A stretch of 64,000 nt of DNA from a virus. Taxonomy: Duplodnaviria > Caudoviricetes. Under the pieces are notes generated by a model, which was not told the origin of the DNA, ran no database searches, and saw only the letters and a program-made list of their open reading frames with translations. This document shows, piece after piece, positions 58,454 to 64,000 of this stretch. Within the stretch, counting starts at the first letter, position 1. Every line of letters starts with the position of its first letter. Location of the stretch: the IMG/VR virus record IMGVR_UViG_2811995030_000001, positions 64,001-128,000 of that record, one strand, 5' to 3'. The position numbers and the translations under genes are program-made.

Positions 58454-58927
58454 GTGGATGATGATATGAATACATTTAAAACTGGTGATGAAATTTTATT
58501 TGAATATGGGGAACAAACGTTACAAGGGAGACTTGTAAACACATATCCAGATCATTGTATAGTTGAAACAGAAAAGGGTAGCTACACCATTGGTTGGAAT
58601 CATGTGGTGGATAAAGCACCTGTTACAAGTACATTTGAGCAAATGGGGCAAGAGTTAGGTGCATTTGTAGATAAGAAACAGGCAGCATATGGAGATTCTG
58701 TATCTAAAGCTTCTAAACTAATGAAAGTATTCTTAGAGGAGTATGAAAATGGAGACGGTACATATACAATTCCAGAGGAGTTATTAGATCATATTCTTCT
58801 ACAAGTACGTATTATTGATAAGCAGAATCGTATTTTTAGCAATCCTAAAGGTGACTTAATGGATGAAACGCCTTACGCTGACTTAGCTGGTTATGGTCTA
58901 TTAGGTAAAAGAAATAGTGGAAAATAA
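58454..58927 (+). CDS. nucleotide-modification-associated (DUF1599/MazG-like helical) protein
   Basis: KKQAAYGDS...RIIDKQNRI...DLAGYGLL. Confidence 0.6.
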   Translation: MDDDMNTFKTGDEILFEYGEQTLQGRLVNTYPDHCIVETEKGSYTIGWNHVVDKAPVTSTFEQMGQELGAFVDKKQAAYGDSVSKASKLMKVFLEEYENGDGTYTIPEELLDHILLQVRIIDKQNRIFSNPKGDLMDETPYADLAGYGLLGKRNSGK

Positions 58928-58985
58928 AAAATATATTAAATAAAATAAAATACATATAGACAAAGAAAACAAGTCATGGTATATT
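58926..58985 (+). promoter_or_regulatory. phage promoter with conserved operator-like block
   Basis: TAGACA-17-TATATT with extended TG; block matches 19818 and 46211. Confidence 0.7.
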
Positions 58986-59166
58986 AGATTTATCAAAAGG
59001 AAATGAGGTGAATAAAGAGGGTGGAAATAATCTTAAACGGCAAAACTCCGTTGATTATAAAAGATGAGGAGGGAAACATTCTTTACGAGTTTAAGGTAGA
59101 AAGTAAGATCAAGGATATGAGAAAGAAAACAAAATAAATTACATAAATCAAGAGGAGTGATTAATA

Positions 59167-59364
59167 ATGAGTATGGAATATTCGTTACTTACACTAAAGA
59201 ATCAAAAGAGGAATGTACAAGAAAGATTAAAGGAAATAAGTGAAGGTCAATATGATAAATTTGATGGTAAATCAGTCAAGAAACTTGAAACAGAATTAGA
59301 ACATAAGCTTAGAGACTTAGAGTTTGCTATCGAATACATAGAAGATTACAATGTTGAATTTTAA
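59167..59364 (+). CDS. hypothetical protein
   Basis: AGGAG RBS. Confidence 0.6.
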   Translation: MSMEYSLLTLKNQKRNVQERLKEISEGQYDKFDGKSVKKLETELEHKLRDLEFAIEYIEDYNVEF

Positions 59365-59471
59365 GCTTTAGGCTTAACTAAAAAGTCTAGCCTTGAAAAA
59401 CGTTGATATATAAGGGTTTTTGAAAGTATAAATCAATGTAAAATCCATATTTTATAGAAATATAAAGGAGG

Positions 59472-59768
59472 TTGTTTATGGGAGATTTTGCAGATGATGC
59501 ATATGAAGCTGCAATGCAAGAAATGTACTTATTCTCCAAAGCTTTAGATGAAGAAATGGAGAATACTCCTAATCAAGAAGTAGTTAATAGAATGATTACT
59601 TATTTCAAAGAAAACTCAGTCGATGTGCAGAATAAATTGGAGCTATTGTGCAAGGAAATCTTAATAACAACTAAACGAACAAAACGTTTAACTCCTAAAC
59701 AAAAATCATGCTTGCTTAAATTATTGCTTCAGAGAGAAGATCATTCAGATGATTACTACTATTATTAA
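59472..59768 (+). CDS. hypothetical protein
   Basis: AGGAGG RBS; MGDFADD. Confidence 0.65.
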   Translation: MFMGDFADDAYEAAMQEMYLFSKALDEEMENTPNQEVVNRMITYFKENSVDVQNKLELLCKEILITTKRTKRLTPKQKSCLLKLLLQREDHSDDYYYY

Positions 59769-59891
59769 AAAAATAAGGAGGTGATTCAATGAATCCAAAC
59801 AGCTTTCCAATGGCCGATATTCAAGTAATTAAATCTGAAGAAGATAAATAATACATAATAAACTAAATAAAAACAATGAGGAGGAATTTAA

Positions 59892-60188
59892 ATGAGTTAT
59901 CAAGAGGTAGAAGTAGCAGAGGTTAAGGGTTTAAATGACGTGAAGGTGTTTCAACTTTGTGAGTGTGACGCTGTAGCAGCTTATTCCTTAGAGGAAGCAA
60001 GAGAGTGGTATAAAAACTTAACAGGATTAGAAGACGATGAGCTTTATAAATTAAGCGAAGTATCAGAAGTATCTTTAGATATGAAGGTTAGAAAAGGCGA
60101 AGAAGTAGAAGGAATGATTACTGTAGGCCAGATTATCCAAGATTATTGGAATGGTGAACCTTTCATTGCGGTAACTAATTTATATTAA
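59892..60188 (+). CDS. conserved phage protein
   Basis: CECDAVAAYSLEEAREWY. Confidence 0.7.
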   Translation: MSYQEVEVAEVKGLNDVKVFQLCECDAVAAYSLEEAREWYKNLTGLEDDELYKLSEVSEVSLDMKVRKGEEVEGMITVGQIIQDYWNGEPFIAVTNLY

Positions 60189-60213
60189 TAATACATAAAA
60201 CAGGAGAGATGAA

Positions 60214-60540
60214 ATGCAACCGTATTTTTACAACGCAGAATGTATAGGTGTGACGGACGGTGACACCTGTACGGTCAAAATTGATGTTGGATTTGGATTC
60301 AGCACAATACAAAAATTAAGGTTTCTAGGAGTTAATACACCAGAAAGACATGTAGAAGGCTATGAAGAGGCTACACAATTTACTGAAGATAAAATTTTAA
60401 ATAAAGAGATTATCATTAACACACATAAGAAAGATGCTTTTGGCAGATGGTTAGCAGATATTTATTATAAAGAAGATGATGCTTATAGATCATTAAATGA
60501 GGATTTATTAACAAATGAGTTAGCTGTAGTTTATAAATAA
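60214..60540 (+). CDS. thermonuclease (SNase) family protein
   Basis: VTDGDT, RFLGVNTPE, DAFGRWLA. Confidence 0.85.
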   Translation: MQPYFYNAECIGVTDGDTCTVKIDVGFGFSTIQKLRFLGVNTPERHVEGYEEATQFTEDKILNKEIIINTHKKDAFGRWLADIYYKEDDAYRSLNEDLLTNELAVVYK

Positions 60541-60549
60541 AATACATAA

Positions 60550-60855
60550 GTGGGAGCGTGTTATATGAAAAGTATTTTAGGCGTATTGTTAATTCTTGGT
60601 GGAGTTGTTTTAGGAGCATATGTTGGAGTTTGGGTATGCTTAGTTGGTGGAATTGTTGGATTAGTTTCAGCAGTAAATATGTTGATTGATAAAGAAGGAT
60701 TGGATGGAATGTTGGTTGCTTTCAGCATTTTGAAGATTATGTTTGCAGGATTCTTCGGATACATTAGTGTAGTTGTTGGATTCTTCTCAGGAGCAGCTCT
60801 ATTAGCCTCAGATTCACCTAAAAAGAGAAACAGAAAGAAAAAGAAAACTACATAA
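60550..60855 (+). CDS. membrane protein
   Basis: two hydrophobic segments. Confidence 0.7.
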   Translation: MGACYMKSILGVLLILGGVVLGAYVGVWVCLVGGIVGLVSAVNMLIDKEGLDGMLVAFSILKIMFAGFFGYISVVVGFFSGAALLASDSPKKRNRKKKKTT

Positions 60856-60896
60856 AACTTATCTTTTAAGTTAACCTATTTTAAGGGGGTGAGCAG

Positions 60897-61730
60897 ATGG
60901 GTGAGGAATTAGATTTGAGAGGACATATTAACAGTGTTATAAACAACCAAATCCATGATAAAAGCAACGTAGCGCTTCTTTTTAGTGGAGGTACAGATTC
61001 TCTAACTTGCCTATTCTCTCTTCTGGAGAGTGGTATCAGACCTACATTATATTCATTTCATCTGGAGGGAGTTATCCATAAGGATATTGAAATTAGTAAG
61101 CAGGTTGCAGAGTTCTATAATCTGAAGCACAAAATTATAGTGATAAAAAAGGATGTTGAACAATTACAAAAAGACGTTAGATATTTAATTTCTCAATTTG
61201 AGATATTTCGTAAAACTAATGTCCAGTGTACCTATCCATTTCTACATGTACTTCCTAAAGTTCAAGAGAGTTTTGTAATGACAGGTTTATGTGCTGATGA
61301 TTTGTACGGAACAGCTAAAAGTGTTGCAATTAAAGGAGCGAAAAGCAAAGAAACGTTTGATACAATCAGGAATAAAACTCTAAGCAACTTAAATTCATCT
61401 GCCTACAGATCTATTAAACAATTAGTTGAAGATGTTTTTCAAAAGAAATTTATTGTTCCCTATAGAGAAGAGAGTGTTATAAGTTACTTTATGAACTTTT
61501 CATGGGAAGAGCTAAATAGACCTAAGCAAAAACAAATCGCAGTAAAGGCTTATGCTGATTACTTTGATAAGCAAAAAATTTATAGAAGAAATACAAACTT
61601 ACAAGTGGGATCAAAAATTAGAGAATGGCATGATGAATTATTGAAAACTGAACTTAATGTTAACAATAGAAAGAGAGTAGATGAAATCTATAAAGATATA
61701 AGAAGGGAGTTAAACAATGGGGATTTATAA
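60897..61730 (+). CDS. asparagine-synthase-like ATP-dependent amide ligase (CmoY-like)
   Basis: PP-loop LLFSGGTDS and TGLCADDLYG; no glutaminase domain. Confidence 0.75.
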   Translation: MGEELDLRGHINSVINNQIHDKSNVALLFSGGTDSLTCLFSLLESGIRPTLYSFHLEGVIHKDIEISKQVAEFYNLKHKIIVIKKDVEQLQKDVRYLISQFEIFRKTNVQCTYPFLHVLPKVQESFVMTGLCADDLYGTAKSVAIKGAKSKETFDTIRNKTLSNLNSSAYRSIKQLVEDVFQKKFIVPYREESVISYFMNFSWEELNRPKQKQIAVKAYADYFDKQKIYRRNTNLQVGSKIREWHDELLKTELNVNNRKRVDEIYKDIRRELNNGDL

Positions 61731-62409
61731 AGAATGCGATTGGAAATTTGATAAGGAAGTTGTTCCTATATTTGAGAGCCATGTGCGTAAATCAGTCCCG
61801 ATGTATGAAGAAATACATAGTCTTATCAATGATATTTCAGGTTGGTTTATTGAAGATGATACAAATGTTTATGACATTGGAACATCTACAGGGGAGACTC
61901 TAACCAACCTATTGAATTCATATCCAAATAAAAAAGCTAAATACTTTGGCATAGATAGTTCTTTAGAAATGATTGAAAAAGCTAAAGAAAAATTAAAGTA
62001 TAATAATGTACAGTTTATTCACGATGACGTAACAGAAGGCTTTACTTTTGATAACGCCAGTTTAACAGTCTCAATGCTTACTATGATGTTCATATCTGAA
62101 AAGAAGCGACAAAATTTAGTAGATAAAATATATAAGGGGCTAAATAAAGGAGGTGCATTCATTCTAGTTGAAAAAGTAATCGGGAGTAATGCAAGATTTA
62201 ATGAGATTTGGATAGAGCTGTATCATCAATTAAAGCTAAAAAACGATATTGATGAAAAGGATGTGTTCGCTAAATCTCGTGCCATTAGAGGAGTTTTAAA
62301 ACCTTACACTGTTCAAGAGAATATACATATGCTAGAAAGCGCAGGATTTACGAAAATTGATACATTTTTTAAATGGAATAACTTCGTAGGAATCCTTTGT
62401 GTTAAGTAA
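61717..62409 (+). CDS. cmoA: CmoA-like carboxy-SAM synthase
   Basis: DWKFDKEVVPIFESHVRKSVPMY, YDIGTSTG, LVEK, FFKWNNF. Confidence 0.8.
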   Translation: MGIYKECDWKFDKEVVPIFESHVRKSVPMYEEIHSLINDISGWFIEDDTNVYDIGTSTGETLTNLLNSYPNKKAKYFGIDSSLEMIEKAKEKLKYNNVQFIHDDVTEGFTFDNASLTVSMLTMMFISEKKRQNLVDKIYKGLNKGGAFILVEKVIGSNARFNEIWIELYHQLKLKNDIDEKDVFAKSRAIRGVLKPYTVQENIHMLESAGFTKIDTFFKWNNFVGILCVK

Positions 62410-62457
62410 AATAAAATAAAATACATAATTGAATAATTTGAGATTTGGAGTGAATTT

Positions 62458-63660
62458 ATGAAATATATAGATTTATTTGCAGGTATAGGTGGATTTCGTT
62501 ATGGATTAGATGATGCAGGATATGAATGTGTTTTTACATCAGAAATAGATACAGTTCCAAGTGAAATGTATAAGCTTCTTCATAATGAACAAGAAATACA
62601 TGGAGACATAACTAAGATAAACGCAGAAGATATACCTGATCATGATTTGTTGGTGGGAGGGTTTCCATGTCAAGGTTTCTCAACAAATGGTACTAGATTA
62701 GGCTTCAAGTACAAGACAGGAAATTTATTCTTTGAAGCTCTACGTGTTGCCAAGGAAAAGAAACCTAAATATGTATTAATGGAAAACGTTACCGGTCTTC
62801 TTAATCATGACAAGGGTAAAACGATTTCTATTATGATGAAAAGTCTTTCTGATGCAGGCTATTCTGTAGACTTTCATATTCTAACTTCTACAGATTTTGG
62901 GCTTCCTCAAAAACGGAGTAGAGTGTTTATAGTAGGAGTTCTTAACTACGAAACAGAGGATTGGAAAGAGACTGAAATCAAACAGGTTAATAGAGCGAAG
63001 GAAATTGTGAAAAATAATTTCCCTGATGTTAAAAGTTTTAATTTCCCTTATCCCGTAGGAACCAAGCATTGTAATTCTTTAGAGAGTGTACTAGATGAAG
63101 ACATTGATGGTAATCAAATTGAGTATTTGGAGTTTGGTGATTTTCTAAAGTATTTAGGAGATGGTGTATATAGGATTAAAGATGGCACAAATAAGGGATA
63201 TACGGATTTTAAGCCTATTCCAAATGAAACAACCATAGATTATACTTTCACAACAAGTAAAACTAGAAGGGGGAGGATAAAACACGGAGCTACAAAAACA
63301 CTTGATCAGTCTGTAGATGTGGCTTTATTTGATGGAAATGGATTTAGAAGAATTGGTGCTAAAGAGGTTTTTAGATTGCAAGGGTTTCCTGACTCAGCTT
63401 ATAATCTTTTAAAAGAAAAGGGGTTTAAAGAAAATCAATTATATAGACGACCTTCAAGAAGTGTGAGTATACCTATTATAAAAAACTTGGGAGAAAGTCT
63501 ACATAAGTTTCATGAAGAATTAAATACTGTTACCAAATGTAGTAATTGTAAGCATTGGGCTGAAATAGATGAAGGAATTGGAGTATGTGAAAATGAAGAA
63601 ACTGTAGAGTTACATACAATGAAAGACGATGGTTGTACCATCCAAAATACATATATTTAA
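62458..63660 (+). CDS. C5 cytosine DNA methyltransferase-family enzyme, predicted carboxymethyltransferase
   Basis: FAGIGG, FPCQ, ENV, QKRSR; motif X reads YRRPSRSV instead of YKQAGNSV. Confidence 0.85.
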   Translation: MKYIDLFAGIGGFRYGLDDAGYECVFTSEIDTVPSEMYKLLHNEQEIHGDITKINAEDIPDHDLLVGGFPCQGFSTNGTRLGFKYKTGNLFFEALRVAKEKKPKYVLMENVTGLLNHDKGKTISIMMKSLSDAGYSVDFHILTSTDFGLPQKRSRVFIVGVLNYETEDWKETEIKQVNRAKEIVKNNFPDVKSFNFPYPVGTKHCNSLESVLDEDIDGNQIEYLEFGDFLKYLGDGVYRIKDGTNKGYTDFKPIPNETTIDYTFTTSKTRRGRIKHGATKTLDQSVDVALFDGNGFRRIGAKEVFRLQGFPDSAYNLLKEKGFKENQLYRRPSRSVSIPIIKNLGESLHKFHEELNTVTKCSNCKHWAEIDEGIGVCENEETVELHTMKDDGCTIQNTYI

Positions 63661-64000
63661 GTTTATAAAAATAAAATACATAAGAGGTGTTTCTATATGA
63701 CAAACAGATTTGTATCAATTAATAAGGTTGGTAAAGGACAATGGAGCGCACATATGAAGGCCAGTAATACGTATCAAGCTAAGAGCATCCTTGCAGATAC
63801 ATATAACATGGAAGCTACAAATTTTGTACATAGAACGCACGTGACAGGTAAAAGAATGGTTTTTGGTCAACGTTAAACTAATATACGTAGCCTATATGTA
63901 GCAATATAAAGGAAAGGGAGAGGATTTATAATATAAAATAAGGAGTGGTTCAAATGTTCGTTAATATTAATACGAAATTTACTAAAGGTGAAACTGTAAG

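Larger units (their letters stand above)
302..60868. repeat. Dispersed palindromic intergenic repeat TAAAA-N6-TTTTA(NNNAGAA), at least 35 copies
   Basis: Perfect copies start at 6885, 8425, 12760, 13070, 17646, 20951, 34945, 36286, 37152, 39353, 45985, 58355, 59439, 60853. Variants at 302, 2768, 6481, 6659, 7388, 11986, 12251, 15371, 16031, 16929, 18528, 21970, 22475, 27056, 32992, 33812, 38536, 39114, 40499, 40750, 41339, 42389, 44996, 47886. Confidence 0.85.
1..64000 (+). mobile_element. Internal segment (early/replication region) of an SPbeta-like large temperate phage or prophage of Bacillaceae
   Basis: yopP-Q-R-S-like cluster, yor-like replication operon, YopX protein, dense co-oriented small ORFs with Bacillus-type RBS; no att ends or structural genes in the window. 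Confidence 0.9.

Noticed and set aside
1089-63718. Most minus-strand and nested ORFs in the track
   Set aside because: Shadow frames of + strand genes, lacking an RBS and with antisense-like composition
1-64000. tRNA, rRNA genes or CRISPR arrays
   Set aside because: No cloverleaf or T-loop signatures and no regularly spaced identical repeats seen by eye; tRNAscan was not run

Overview
AT-rich, almost entirely + strand early/middle region of a large SPbeta-like Bacillaceae phage or prophage. No structural genes, tRNAs or CRISPR array were seen. Recognisable modules: an SPbeta-type lysogeny cluster (YopP-like tyrosine recombinase, YopQ-like DGQHR protein, MrpR/YopR-like repressor, YopS-like HTH) with no arbitrium genes next to it; a yor-like replication operon (SSB-like protein, AAA ATPase, DnaB, primase, PD-(D/E)XK nuclease, DnaE); over 100 small accessory ORFs; a sortase plus LPNTA substrate; a Doc TA pair; and two DNA methyltransferases. 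Three things stand out. (1) At least 35 copies of a palindromic TAAAA-N6-TTTTA core sit at accessory-gene boundaries, some with arm-like elements at fixed spacing, suggesting an integron-like gene-cassette system run by a tyrosine recombinase. (2) Two transposase-less TnpB plus omegaRNA cassettes have predicted guides that match recoded or split copies of neighbouring phage sequence, suggesting RNA-guided homing. (3) An amide ligase-CmoA-C5-MTase operon, with motif X Asn replaced by Arg, predicts carboxymethyl-cytosine DNA hypermodification. All family calls come from motif reading by eye; no database searches were run.
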